Virus record (IMG/VR): IMGVR_UViG_3300031974_004257
Span: 1 to 60,116 of that record
DNA length: 60,116 nucleotides
From: a virus
Lineage: Duplodnaviria > Caudoviricetes
Direction: 5' to 3' (one strand)
Shown: positions 1 through 10,211 of the stretch, piece by piece
Layout of the letters: the number at the start of each line of letters is the position of its first letter
How positions within the stretch are numbered: the stretch's first letter is position 1
Program-made: the position numbers and the translations under genes
Notes under the pieces: model-generated
What the model was told of the DNA's origin: nothing
Seen by the model: only the letters and a program-made list of their open reading frames with translations
The model's database searches: none

Positions 1-457
1 TGCTCATGAAACGATTATAATCTAATGTGTTTCTGAGTGCTATTAATTCTCTACGATTTATAGCATAGTTATCTTTATCCAGTACCGACCCATCGGGAAA
101 GGGATAGGTAGTTGCCGCATAAATTTGTCTTTTTATTGAGGATGTTAAAGGGTAAGTTCCTGGTAGTTCCGACTGGCTATAGAGAGTTCCATATTCTCGA
201 ACCGACAGGCGATTATTTCTAAATACTAATCCTGTATTTGGAGCTAGAAAAGGATTTATTAAGGCTTGGTCTGTACCATTTCGGTCCACATTGTATTCAA
301 ATAAATTGACATTGCCAGTTACAATATTTTCACCCAAAAGTGAACCGTCGTTGTTGATGTAAGCTGATCCGCTATACATTACAAAATCGGTCTTTGGGCG
401 AGTCACAATTCTATTTGTGAATATGTCGTCTGGACCAAAGTTAAAGAGGTAAGGCAT
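1..457 (-). CDS. Putative virion structural protein, 3'-truncated by the window edge
   Basis: ATG at 457 follows a GGGGG SD-like run. It reads MPYLFNFGPDDIFTNRIVTRPKTDFVMYSGSAYINNDG... towards the window start and continues the structural operon. Not in the ORF track because it has no stop in the window. Confidence 0.75.
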   Translation of the reverse strand, partial: MPYLFNFGPDDIFTNRIVTRPKTDFVMYSGSAYINNDGSLLGENIVTGNVNLFEYNVDRNGTDQALINPFLAPNTGLVFRNNRLSVREYGTLYSQSELPGTYPLTSSIKRQIYAATTYPFPDGSVLDKDNYAINRRELIALRNTLDYNRFMS

Positions 458-469
458 TTTTACCCCCTA

Positions 470-1528
470 TTAGTAGTCTAATCTTACCCGGAAAGTCGTC
501 TCAGTGCCTGGAGATTTTCTGATTGGTTCACTGACTTTTCCTACAGCCAACAAAGCATTATCTTCACTGTATAAACCAACGGTGGTTACATAGGATACTG
601 GATTATCTGTTCTAAGTGTCTTAACCCTAATCTGACTGGAACTCAGGTATGTTGGATTACTACTGTAATTAAATTCTGTGGAATTTAAGCGGCAGAAATA
701 AATTGTAGAGTTTAGTTCAGTCGTGTTATTAAAGCTAATATTTTGAATTCGGTGTCGAAGGGCTGTACAAGAACCGCTGATCGAACTGCTCACAAACATA
801 TCATCTATAGTTAGACCATCAGTAGCATCCATGAAGCAATCTTCTACATACTCGCTCTTGAATACAGAAGATGTTAGAATAGCCACGCCTGCTTGATAGA
901 ACAAGAGCCCGCAAGGTCTTTCTGAGTCGGCAGGGAAACCAGACCCAGTAGCGTACAGAACATTAAATTCACCAGCAGGTGAGTTGGTTTTGACGTTAGT
1001 ACCATCTTTATCGTAGACTGTCAAAGTCTTAGTAAAAGGATTGTTAAAAGAAGCACTAACACCCAAAGTCATCGAAAAGCCAGTAGCAGAAGGCTGGATC
1101 TCGTCCTTAGTCAAAAGGCGAGCAAAGTTTAGCACAAGAACTTCTTCCATCTTATCAACTTGGAGATTACTTGAGAAGTTCCCACTGACATCGAGCTTGT
1201 TAATACTGCCGGTACTATTGTAGCCGGCGAGCATTTGTGCCATCTCATTATATACGTCATTCTTTTTGTTACGCAAGGTAACGTTCAAAGAAGAAGATAG
1301 AGGCGAATCAGTTGCCCACGCTGCGGTCAAATCAATTATGTGATTTGCCGAGGAACTAAGGTAGGGATAATCATATACACTCTGGAACATTCCATGAGTA
1401 TAATTTTTAATATTCTCATCAGTATAAGTTCCTGACAAGATTGTACCCGTAACAGGTATTGCCTCATGGAGCTTAGTCTGAGAACGCTGTGAGTCGTTGA
1501 CGTTTAATGCCTTAAAACTGGTTGCCAT
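470..1528 (-). CDS. Putative baseplate/tail-collar-like structural protein
   Basis: 352 aa, S/T-rich. The C-terminal YVTTVGLYSEDNALLAVGKVSEPIRK...FRVRLDY resembles the conserved end of phage tail-collar/baseplate attachment domains. Lies in the tail module. Confidence 0.6.
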   Translation of the reverse strand: MATSFKALNVNDSQRSQTKLHEAIPVTGTILSGTYTDENIKNYTHGMFQSVYDYPYLSSSANHIIDLTAAWATDSPLSSSLNVTLRNKKNDVYNEMAQMLAGYNSTGSINKLDVSGNFSSNLQVDKMEEVLVLNFARLLTKDEIQPSATGFSMTLGVSASFNNPFTKTLTVYDKDGTNVKTNSPAGEFNVLYATGSGFPADSERPCGLLFYQAGVAILTSSVFKSEYVEDCFMDATDGLTIDDMFVSSSISGSCTALRHRIQNISFNNTTELNSTIYFCRLNSTEFNYSSNPTYLSSSQIRVKTLRTDNPVSYVTTVGLYSEDNALLAVGKVSEPIRKSPGTETTFRVRLDY

Positions 1529-1538
1529 ATCTTAATTC

Positions 1539-2567
1539 CTACGCTGTATATTTAATTAATTTTAGTGGAACTTCAACACGATAACCTGTGCTAAAGCCTG
1601 TAATTCTAATTACAGTATTTATGAAAGAGAAAGCCGTTGTAGTGCCTGAGCCTGGGGTTATCTCCCATGAATCAGTTCCTCCCAACTCGGTAAATAAAGT
1701 GTTGGTTGTTTGAAGGTTCAGAGACGCTCTCAAGCCAAAAATAAGTCTTGATCCTAATCGACCAGTTGTATCTGTTGGTCCGATAGCACTATTGGTAGAC
1801 GTTCTCCCTTGTTGCCCCTCAGTAATATTAAAGGCTGGCTGAGCAGAGCCGCCACGACCACCAGCAGATTCAGCAAAATAAGAATTGCCACCCTGATTAC
1901 CTAGAGCAAACATATAAGTAGCTATATTATCATCATCAATAAAACTTGGAGTAGCCAGCGCACCTTGCTGTTCAGGAGTGGTCAAAGTCAAAAGTCGATT
2001 GTCTACCTCTACCAAATAACCAGTTTCAAACAGGGCTTGCTCAGAAGCCACTTCGTTAAGATACCCAAGAGAGAGATTTGCCGTATCTAAACCCTGGTCG
2101 AAAATCATCTGAGTATTAACATTAGAAGCTGCGTCATCAGCAAAGCGATAGCCTAATGAATTTACAGCAAGATTATTAACAGTGTCAACCTGGACTCTTG
2201 TTGTTGCGTCCACTGCCACATAATATCCACCTGTGGGTCCAGCATTAGTTGCGACCGTGGGGTAGAACTTATCATTCAATTTAATTACTGGGAGATAAAG
2301 CAATGTATTATCTGTATAGGTCATCAACCTATTCTTAAGAGAAGTAGTATTGTTTGTAAATGCTTCAAAGACTGGCAGTTGTAAAATTCTTTGATCCTCG
2401 TACCCTGATGCTGTCACTGGGACATACAAAGAATAATCAATCTCGTCGTCACCCAGGGCAAATTTAGTAATCCTAAAACTACCATCACCCAGAGCAAGTC
2501 GTCTTCTTCCTTCGTCGGTCAAAACCGCATCGAGTATAATATCACCACTGTTATCTAAAAATGCCAT
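1539..2567 (-). CDS. Conserved large-phage virion protein (tail-collar/baseplate-like N-terminus)
   Basis: 342 aa. N-terminus DAVLTDEGRRRLALGDGSFRITKFALGDDEIDY fits the LTxxG...la...it.fa.GD pattern of tail attachment proteins. SD AGAGGA. Confidence 0.6.
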   Translation of the reverse strand: MAFLDNSGDIILDAVLTDEGRRRLALGDGSFRITKFALGDDEIDYSLYVPVTASGYEDQRILQLPVFEAFTNNTTSLKNRLMTYTDNTLLYLPVIKLNDKFYPTVATNAGPTGGYYVAVDATTRVQVDTVNNLAVNSLGYRFADDAASNVNTQMIFDQGLDTANLSLGYLNEVASEQALFETGYLVEVDNRLLTLTTPEQQGALATPSFIDDDNIATYMFALGNQGGNSYFAESAGGRGGSAQPAFNITEGQQGRTSTNSAIGPTDTTGRLGSRLIFGLRASLNLQTTNTLFTELGGTDSWEITPGSGTTTAFSFINTVIRITGFSTGYRVEVPLKLIKYTA

Positions 2568-2639
2568 AACTTTTCCTCTTAACGAACCACAGTATAATCA
2601 GTTCCTAATAAATAGTTCGTATTATTCAATTTTGTTTTT

Positions 2640-5600
2640 TTATGTTTCCCCGTTGATTCCACGCCCATCAACTTTGACGACAAATTTAAGCTTCAAATCA
2701 AATTTTCTTCCAGTATCTTTAGACGTAAATCTTACAATATAAGCGTCTTCCTCAATGGAGTCACCAAGTGCTGCTGCTAAACTTCGGGCACTAATTGTTT
2801 CTCCATCCCTATTCTGGACATAAGGAAAGGTTTGTATATTTGAAGCATCAATCTTTACAAATCTACCTAAATTTTTATCTGCCATTTGATGTGATGTACC
2901 CAGCGGAGTCACTGTGTCTATTTCAGGTATAACCATACCGTTTTCAGAAACAAGCTTGATACGATATATAACGCTGGGATTTGATATCTGTCCGTGTATA
3001 TCCTGAGCAATACAGGTGTAATAGTAATCTACGTTTGGAGATATGTTGTCACTTATGTCGTAAGAAAGAATGAACGATAGGTCATTATCTGCTGTCGCCG
3101 CAGAGTCCCTTGTTGTATACTTTCTTACCAGTACATTGTTCCCCGCTGATGGGTTGAAGGATTTGTAAAGATCATTATAGCTATTGACATTCAGGTTTAA
3201 GTTTGGGGTCCTATAGAGGATAATATTTCTTATCTGTGATTCTCCCTTGTTGGCGAAAATCATCCTTCCTTCGGGAATATCAAACCTTGTTCTTTGATTA
3301 TCATGAGTCATATCAATAATTTCATTATTGTCTCCGATCCTCACAATTTCTAAAGTTTGATCAAAGCCTCCATTTTCAGGTATTATATTCCCTAATCTTC
3401 CCGATTCAAGATTAATATTCATCATAATCATGTCGTCTTCATTGAGCCTGGGGAAGAATTGTAATGTAGGAGCCGTTGGAGGGAAATCCATAACACTTAG
3501 TCTAGGGTATGAGAGACCGCCCGCACCCTTCCTCTGCCTCGTCAATTCAATTAACACTTCTTTATTTTCATCAAACTCTGTTGTCGGTATTTTCTCAAAG
3601 ACGTTAATCCTGTTCCAATCAGCATCATAAACTGGTATTCTAACTAATTTAACGGATGCCCCGCACGAGATCATTGATTTAATCTCAAATGAAGCATCTA
3701 CCAAGCGGTCCTCAAAATATTCTTGAGCACCTTCGTATCCGGCAGGGAAACCAAAACCCAAATAGTACATCATTATTCCCAAAGGCATATCCAAACTAAG
3801 GGTAAAAAGATTATAGGGAGTATTGTAAACAAAGCGATATTCGGTTAGTTTATAGTCGTACTCTGCCCCGTAGACCACTTGACTATCATTATATACAATA
3901 GGCCCAGATCCATTACCAAGAAAAATACTCTGAGACATCTCCGTGGAACCTGCCCTGGTTTTGTTGATTTCATAGCCAAAAACTTCAGTCTTTGTATCAA
4001 ACTTATTGTAGATAATATTGGCGTAAGATTGGCGAGACCGACGAATAGCGTTCCTCAGCAAAAATTGCTTGGAAGAAGCAAGCTGGTCTGCGTCTGGTCT
4101 CAAGGGCTGACGCTGCAGTAGGGTTGATGTATAATTTTCTGGAAGATTATCAAAAATATACGAATCTTCTTCTTGATCGATATGATATATTTTAAGCTCA
4201 ACTGGTTGTGGCGTTGTCGTGTTAGTTGTATTATCATATAGATACTCTGTCGAATAAAGATAGGAATTTGACCGAGATGGCTGATCTGCGGAATCATAAT
4301 TCGATAAGTTCTCTAAAGAAGCGATAGAAGGATCAAAAGACTCATTATTTAAAATAAAGTCTTGATAATCTTTTACTATATTGTTGCCAGATTGATTACC
4401 CTCCCCAAAAAATTTAATATCTAAGCTTAAAGGAGCGCCAACTTCTCCAAAAGCGCCGCCAGGTCGGCGAGCCTCTTTTAAACCCATAAGAAATCTGGCG
4501 TTTTTGTTCTTTAGGTTCTCACTAATATTAATGTCGGAAGCTAAAATTTGACTATACAAATTATAAAATCGATCGACATCTCCAGAAATCATTGACATAT
4601 ACAATCGGCGATAAAAAGATTCTCCGAATCTATCCACAATAACATCTCTACTAGGACTAAGCCTTAATAAACTAGAATAATTTTCAATACGAGCGGATTG
4701 CCTAGGCAACAATTCTCTTGGAACACCACGATTAACTGACAGCCCCATAAAATTTCTAACATACAAGTTAGGCAAGTCAGTATCAGAAGAAGACTTTTCT
4801 TTTACAGTCCTCTCGTACTGTTCGTCATAGAAATTATATTGTGAAGATATTGTTGCTGAATTGACTGGTGATCTATTCAGAAAGTTTGAATTTTCAATGT
4901 TTTTAACGTATCGATTTGTTACCTTGGTCTCTTCTTTGTTGAACTGATACCCGCCCATAAGACTAAGTGTGCTAAAAAGCTGAGATTCGGTTACAAGACC
5001 AGCCTCTACAAGCGCCCTTAATAAAATTTGCTTTACCAGAAATAATGTAGTCTGCTGCATTTGATCCGCAATAGCCTGGTCTATAGACCCATAGATCACT
5101 GTGTAAAGGTTATTTACTTGACGACCTATACGATACCCTGGGACTGTTAAGTTGCCAGAGAAAGCGAGGAAGAGTAATCTTTCCCAGGCATTTCGAGGAA
5201 GTGTGGGAGAAAGGACAGGCTCTAATGACTGAAAAATATTTGTAAGAGTTGTCCTAAAGGTATTAACTGAGTCTTCCGTTACCTGTCGAAAGCGGAAGGT
5301 GTCGTTTTCCTTAGTGACAGTAAAGATATGGTCGGTGGTGACAAAAATGTTATCTAAAATATCTGCCGCAAAACTTTTATACTGTAGTTGACCATTCAGT
5401 TTAAAGGCAGGATTTTTGTAGATATACAAATTGACAAAATTAGATTGCTCTTGTGAATTTGGTGGCAACTCACCATGGTACATGTATCTGAGACCTTCTT
5501 GGTTTTGTAATTCAGGGTTTACTGCTTTAACAAACCCCACAATCTCATCTTCGCCCTCAATTGTATAAACAGCCTGCTCATCAACAAAGCCAGGAATTGG

Positions 5601-5786
5601 TGTAAATCTTAGTTTTGGATCTGATCCATTAAGATTGTAATTTATGTACTGATCATCTAGGTAATGCTCTATTGTTTGTCGGGACTTTATCCAGTTAGCT
5701 AGTGGATCTAGACGACTTCTATCTATGGTATACTCTCTGGTTGCTTCGCTGATTGTCAACACATTCCGATTATCATTTTGTGCCAT
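2640..5786 (-). CDS. Large hypothetical protein, probably virion/baseplate associated
   Basis: 1048-aa ORF co-oriented in the structural block. Segments such as YNDSQVVYGAEYDYKL and NVDYYYTCIAQDIHGQISNPS resemble Fn3/Ig-like strand endings. Confidence 0.55.
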   Translation of the reverse strand: MAQNDNRNVLTISEATREYTIDRSRLDPLANWIKSRQTIEHYLDDQYINYNLNGSDPKLRFTPIPGFVDEQAVYTIEGEDEIVGFVKAVNPELQNQEGLRYMYHGELPPNSQEQSNFVNLYIYKNPAFKLNGQLQYKSFAADILDNIFVTTDHIFTVTKENDTFRFRQVTEDSVNTFRTTLTNIFQSLEPVLSPTLPRNAWERLLFLAFSGNLTVPGYRIGRQVNNLYTVIYGSIDQAIADQMQQTTLFLVKQILLRALVEAGLVTESQLFSTLSLMGGYQFNKEETKVTNRYVKNIENSNFLNRSPVNSATISSQYNFYDEQYERTVKEKSSSDTDLPNLYVRNFMGLSVNRGVPRELLPRQSARIENYSSLLRLSPSRDVIVDRFGESFYRRLYMSMISGDVDRFYNLYSQILASDINISENLKNKNARFLMGLKEARRPGGAFGEVGAPLSLDIKFFGEGNQSGNNIVKDYQDFILNNESFDPSIASLENLSNYDSADQPSRSNSYLYSTEYLYDNTTNTTTPQPVELKIYHIDQEEDSYIFDNLPENYTSTLLQRQPLRPDADQLASSKQFLLRNAIRRSRQSYANIIYNKFDTKTEVFGYEINKTRAGSTEMSQSIFLGNGSGPIVYNDSQVVYGAEYDYKLTEYRFVYNTPYNLFTLSLDMPLGIMMYYLGFGFPAGYEGAQEYFEDRLVDASFEIKSMISCGASVKLVRIPVYDADWNRINVFEKIPTTEFDENKEVLIELTRQRKGAGGLSYPRLSVMDFPPTAPTLQFFPRLNEDDMIMMNINLESGRLGNIIPENGGFDQTLEIVRIGDNNEIIDMTHDNQRTRFDIPEGRMIFANKGESQIRNIILYRTPNLNLNVNSYNDLYKSFNPSAGNNVLVRKYTTRDSAATADNDLSFILSYDISDNISPNVDYYYTCIAQDIHGQISNPSVIYRIKLVSENGMVIPEIDTVTPLGTSHQMADKNLGRFVKIDASNIQTFPYVQNRDGETISARSLAAALGDSIEEDAYIVRFTSKDTGRKFDLKLKFVVKVDGRGINGET

Positions 5787-5791
5787 AACTT

Positions 5792-8700
5792 TTAATACCC
5801 TGTTACAACTTGTTGAGTTGTCATAAATGCGTCAGATTCCGACTGTTGTGCCATAGCGAAACTTTCAGTTGTAATACCGTCACCTAGTTCTGGTTCGGTC
5901 ACACTATCTTGATCACGCATAACACCCTCTACTTGAGGCGTCTCATTACTTATATAGAAATATTTATTGTAAGTAGGTATGTTCAATAACTGTTTTTCCT
6001 CAAAGTAACGAGATAGCATAACTTGCTGGTCAGGTGTAGTAAACTGTGACACCATGTTTAAATAATCATTAGCGCCTAAATTTCTTACTCTACATAGTAT
6101 TTTTCCGCCTTGGTCCCTAAGCTCTCCCACGACATCAGAGGACAAAGCAGACCACTGAGCCAACTGAAGTCGGGACCTGGAAATATCCGGCTCTAATTGT
6201 TCATTGGGTTGTTCGATGTCGCCAAATCCGTTTAAATATTCTACCACAGCTATTTGTCTATAGTTCATCCACAAGGCAAGAAAGGTATCGTATGACTTCA
6301 TCGGATCTGGAGTGAGTCCGTACAAGTTTGACTCCTCAGTGCTTGATACCTCCCCTTTGATAAAAAAGCTTACCAAATCGTTGCCGCTAGATTCGCTCAA
6401 ATTATTCAGAATAAATCTGCGAGCATCTAGTACATTATCTCCTGAAGTAGCAGCAACAGACAAAGGAGAATTGGTTGTTGCTAATATTATCATACTCTGT
6501 AACTGAAGGGGCAATGAACTTACCATGGGACCCTCAATCGAATCAACTAAATTGTTTTGATTTATTTTTAGTATTTCTGGTAGAGCTTTCATTGAGTTGT
6601 AGCGAGATTTGATACCCCTATCAAGTTGATTAAGAGTTTTGTCTATTGTTAGTTCTCCTAAAATAGCAAATGGAATCTTAATGGTGCGCTCTTTTAGAGC
6701 TTCTTTGGCTACAGCCTGTTCTATATCACCCGTTACAAGTTGTGTGTTTTGATTTTTTATCTCCAAATTAACACTATCCAAATACAAGCCAACAGAGGAA
6801 GTAATATTCGAACCGCCTCCAATGACGCTGCTAACTAAATCTGGTCCAGCATTAGATGCGCAAAATTCTTTGTCTTTGGGGTTATATGTAGTAATACGTT
6901 TTTTCTCTGTTGTAACTCTAGGTGGAGAAAACTCAGAGGAAGGCTCATCACTTAAAAAGACGCCCATTTCTTCAGTCAGCATTTTTCTAATATCTGAATA
7001 TAGCTTGTTGTTTTTACTTTGTTCTTGTGCCTCTCCCGAAAGAGTGGGATAGGTTACTCCCAGATCTTGCTGCTTTCTAATAGAAATTAAATCAGAATAA
7101 AGCTGAGAGTATCTATTGAAATCATAATCTACTGCTTGCGGGGTGGAAACAGGCACTCTAACCTGATCGATGGCAGACCTCGATGGAGACTTAATTAACC
7201 TAGGAGTCAAATAAGAATATGATAGATTTTCATAAGTGCCTCCAGGTATAACCTCGCCGCCGCCGCTAGGATTAAAAAAGTACTTATTAAATTCCATTAT
7301 TCTTCTGTCATCATAACCATCAACAGTGATATTTGAAAATCCCATGGGAGCAGTCTCACCAAAAACATAATCTACTCCTAGACTATTATTTTTACCGGTA
7401 GTGTACATCTCATAATACCTGTGACTCACCTTCATAACATTATCACGGACTGAACGGGTCATGTTTTTGTTGAAGTTATTTTTTGCGATACTGTCCATTG
7501 CGCCCAGCGGATCAGAAGGAAAGATATTCACTAATTTGTTATAGAAGAAAATTACTCCCATGTCCAACAAAAACTCTATGTCTGTAAACGCTTGGGTGCT
7601 CACAATACCCTGGTCCTTGTCAAACAAATTTTGGTAGTATGATACTAAATCTATAGTAGCACCCGATACAGACATGTTATTAAGAATTTCCTGATACAAA
7701 GAAAGGATTCTTATTATCTCTTCCCCTACTTGAACTGACTTGTTGTCAATATTTATTTGAATTGACCGAACATCGGTGGAAGTTCTTCCTGTTTGTACAT
7801 TAAACAAAGGACGTCTTCCAAACATGGTACTAGTACTCATTGATATAATATCTCTAATGTGAGATATAATCCTCTTCTGTTCATTTAGAACTTTTACCAT
7901 ATGTCTCAAAAATAAGGGCGAATGATCAACAACCGAAAGATCTACCGAATATTGATAGCTCTCCACAGTTTGCTGGTCTATAATTTGTGGTTTAGAAAAT
8001 TTGTCACAACCCTCAAAGAATACCCTAACGTCCTGAGAAATATCAGACAACTCGCCCGATGGTAGATTTATTTTTACCTCTTTGATGTCTTCAGTTGGTA
8101 GCGGTAATGTCTCTCTGTCAGGATATCCTTTTCCTATTGTGCCCAGATCATTAACTGGATACATTCCATGTGAGGACACTTTGTTCCTCATTACTTGAAC
8201 AGTAGCAACAGAAGATAGGTGTTCTGGTGATAGGTCATCTGCGCCGGATAACAGAGCTTTAGAAAATAAAGAACTTTTGTAGACAAATGGAAAAATAGCA
8301 TGATCAATTAAAAACTGTCGTATATCAAAAGAAAACACAAAACGATTATTGTCTTCTAGGTCTCTTGATAGCCAAAAATCAGTGAAATAGTTACTTCGTT
8401 TGATCACCTTATTTAATTCATGACTCTGGGTCAAATAGGGAGTCTGAAACAATGCTACAACACCGTTAAATATGTTAGTATATGTTTGTGCTACAGCATT
8501 GTCTGTACTTGAATTGATAACCCTGAATCTTTCAGAGTCTGGGCTGGTTGTTTGCTCGGGGTTAACCATAGCGACCAACGGCTTATCAGGAAACGTTTCG
8601 GCATAGCGAGTTTGTATTCCCCTAAAAGAACCCGTAGCTATATGACCCATCCCTGTTGATAGCGATAAGTTAAATTCAGGTTCATCCGAAAAAATTTGTG

Positions 8701-9265
8701 CCATCCTATTATCATACAAAAAAGCATAACAAGAAATCTGATCCAAGCTATCACTCGTTGGAGGAAGAGTCATCTTTATCGTATTAAGAATATTCTTATC
8801 AACCTTTATACCATCAAGCATCTCAGACAAAGGCATATCATATATTATTATACCTTCCGGTATAGAATCGCCCTGACCGTAATGAGATAATCCGTCAGTA
8901 ATAACTAAATCTCTTATTTCGTTATTTGTTGAAAACGGAGAAAAGGGATGGTTATTAGAAAGATACTGTGCGTGTTCGCCCAGAGCGAAGTTTAAAAATT
9001 CACTAAATTGATCTGGATGTGTTGATCCTGCTCTTCCGTTTAAAAACTCATTATATCTTTGACTTAAGAAATCTAATGCTCTTGAAGACTCCTGTGTTAG
9101 ACTTACAAACAACCTTAAGTTGTACTGTTCTATTGATCTCTTGGTGTTTGAAATATCTAAAGATGTACTTACATAAATTGTATTGTCTGTCACAGCACCC
9201 GAAGTACTTGGGACTTGTTCAAGCAATACAGTGTTTATTCTTAGGTTTGTGATGTTATTTATCAT
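5792..9265 (-). CDS. Large hypothetical protein, probably virion associated
   Basis: 1157-aa ORF with SD GAGGG. No recognisable catalytic motif; assignment rests on context only. Confidence 0.5.
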   Translation of the reverse strand: MINNITNLRINTVLLEQVPSTSGAVTDNTIYVSTSLDISNTKRSIEQYNLRLFVSLTQESSRALDFLSQRYNEFLNGRAGSTHPDQFSEFLNFALGEHAQYLSNNHPFSPFSTNNEIRDLVITDGLSHYGQGDSIPEGIIIYDMPLSEMLDGIKVDKNILNTIKMTLPPTSDSLDQISCYAFLYDNRMAQIFSDEPEFNLSLSTGMGHIATGSFRGIQTRYAETFPDKPLVAMVNPEQTTSPDSERFRVINSSTDNAVAQTYTNIFNGVVALFQTPYLTQSHELNKVIKRSNYFTDFWLSRDLEDNNRFVFSFDIRQFLIDHAIFPFVYKSSLFSKALLSGADDLSPEHLSSVATVQVMRNKVSSHGMYPVNDLGTIGKGYPDRETLPLPTEDIKEVKINLPSGELSDISQDVRVFFEGCDKFSKPQIIDQQTVESYQYSVDLSVVDHSPLFLRHMVKVLNEQKRIISHIRDIISMSTSTMFGRRPLFNVQTGRTSTDVRSIQINIDNKSVQVGEEIIRILSLYQEILNNMSVSGATIDLVSYYQNLFDKDQGIVSTQAFTDIEFLLDMGVIFFYNKLVNIFPSDPLGAMDSIAKNNFNKNMTRSVRDNVMKVSHRYYEMYTTGKNNSLGVDYVFGETAPMGFSNITVDGYDDRRIMEFNKYFFNPSGGGEVIPGGTYENLSYSYLTPRLIKSPSRSAIDQVRVPVSTPQAVDYDFNRYSQLYSDLISIRKQQDLGVTYPTLSGEAQEQSKNNKLYSDIRKMLTEEMGVFLSDEPSSEFSPPRVTTEKKRITTYNPKDKEFCASNAGPDLVSSVIGGGSNITSSVGLYLDSVNLEIKNQNTQLVTGDIEQAVAKEALKERTIKIPFAILGELTIDKTLNQLDRGIKSRYNSMKALPEILKINQNNLVDSIEGPMVSSLPLQLQSMIILATTNSPLSVAATSGDNVLDARRFILNNLSESSGNDLVSFFIKGEVSSTEESNLYGLTPDPMKSYDTFLALWMNYRQIAVVEYLNGFGDIEQPNEQLEPDISRSRLQLAQWSALSSDVVGELRDQGGKILCRVRNLGANDYLNMVSQFTTPDQQVMLSRYFEEKQLLNIPTYNKYFYISNETPQVEGVMRDQDSVTEPELGDGITTESFAMAQQSESDAFMTTQQVVTGY

Positions 9266-9279
9266 TTTATCCCTCTATC

Positions 9280-10188
9280 CTAAGTATCGTAAGCAAAAGG
9301 AAGAGCAGCCTCTAATGTATCACAAGGATCTTGAGGAGTGTTGTTTAGATTGTTTTTATACAGTGCCGAGTTCTGCGGAAGATCCAAAAGATTTATTTCT
9401 GAATCGCATGAAATGTCCAGGTAGTACTCGCTATATGTACTATCCAGTATAGGGAAACTATCATTAATCTGTCTATCTTGACCACTTATACTATAAGCCA
9501 AAAGATAGGGATCAGTTTGACGCTGAAGTGTTTGGCTATCTGTAGCATCTGTGTTAATAAAACCTAAAGAGGTTATTTGACCGTCAGAGCCTGACTTATA
9601 AACTTCAATATCAAAATTTCCATTACTTTTCATAATCGTGTTAAGTTCTTGGACGCTTAAAATAATTGAATCAGAGGACAGTAGGTTATAATCTATGCGA
9701 TTACCTTGAGAGTTTATTGACTCATACTCAATGTTAAGTGTCGCAGACATTTGCGGTATCATACCATCAACGTTATAGATCACGCCCTCATTTAAACCTT
9801 TGTCGCTCAACCCTAATACATAAATGTCCCAAGCTGGTGCGTAAACTGAGTTTGGATCACTGCTTCCTAATGTTCTCATAAAGGGAGCACTAAACTGATC
9901 GTTTTGTACTAGGTCATCTCGGCTATTAGAGGTTATTAAAGAATAGACAGACCCTGGCGTTGATGTGCGTCTTAGATTTGGTTTTAGCCTTGGAGTCTCA
10001 TTACTAATTCGATTTGCTATCTGGTTCTGAGTTTCTGTTATCTCCGCAAACATGCCGTTATACAAGATAGAAGTATCGTAAAAGGCATAGTGAGAAGGTG
10101 AAAAAGTACCCTCAGCAAACCTTTGTTTGCCATAAGGGGTAAGTTCAATAGAGACTACTTCTTCTTTTTGATTAAAAAAACGGACCAT
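9280..10188 (-). CDS. Virion protein, distant paralog of 1539-2567
   Basis: 302 aa. N-terminus IELTPYGKQRFAEGTFSPSHYAFYDTSILY aligns by eye with VLTDEGRRRLALGDGSFRITKFALGDDEIDY. Confidence 0.55.
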   Translation of the reverse strand: MVRFFNQKEEVVSIELTPYGKQRFAEGTFSPSHYAFYDTSILYNGMFAEITETQNQIANRISNETPRLKPNLRRTSTPGSVYSLITSNSRDDLVQNDQFSAPFMRTLGSSDPNSVYAPAWDIYVLGLSDKGLNEGVIYNVDGMIPQMSATLNIEYESINSQGNRIDYNLLSSDSIILSVQELNTIMKSNGNFDIEVYKSGSDGQITSLGFINTDATDSQTLQRQTDPYLLAYSISGQDRQINDSFPILDSTYSEYYLDISCDSEINLLDLPQNSALYKNNLNNTPQDPCDTLEAALPFAYDT

Positions 10189-10211
10189 ACTCTAAATATC
10201 ACCATTCATTA

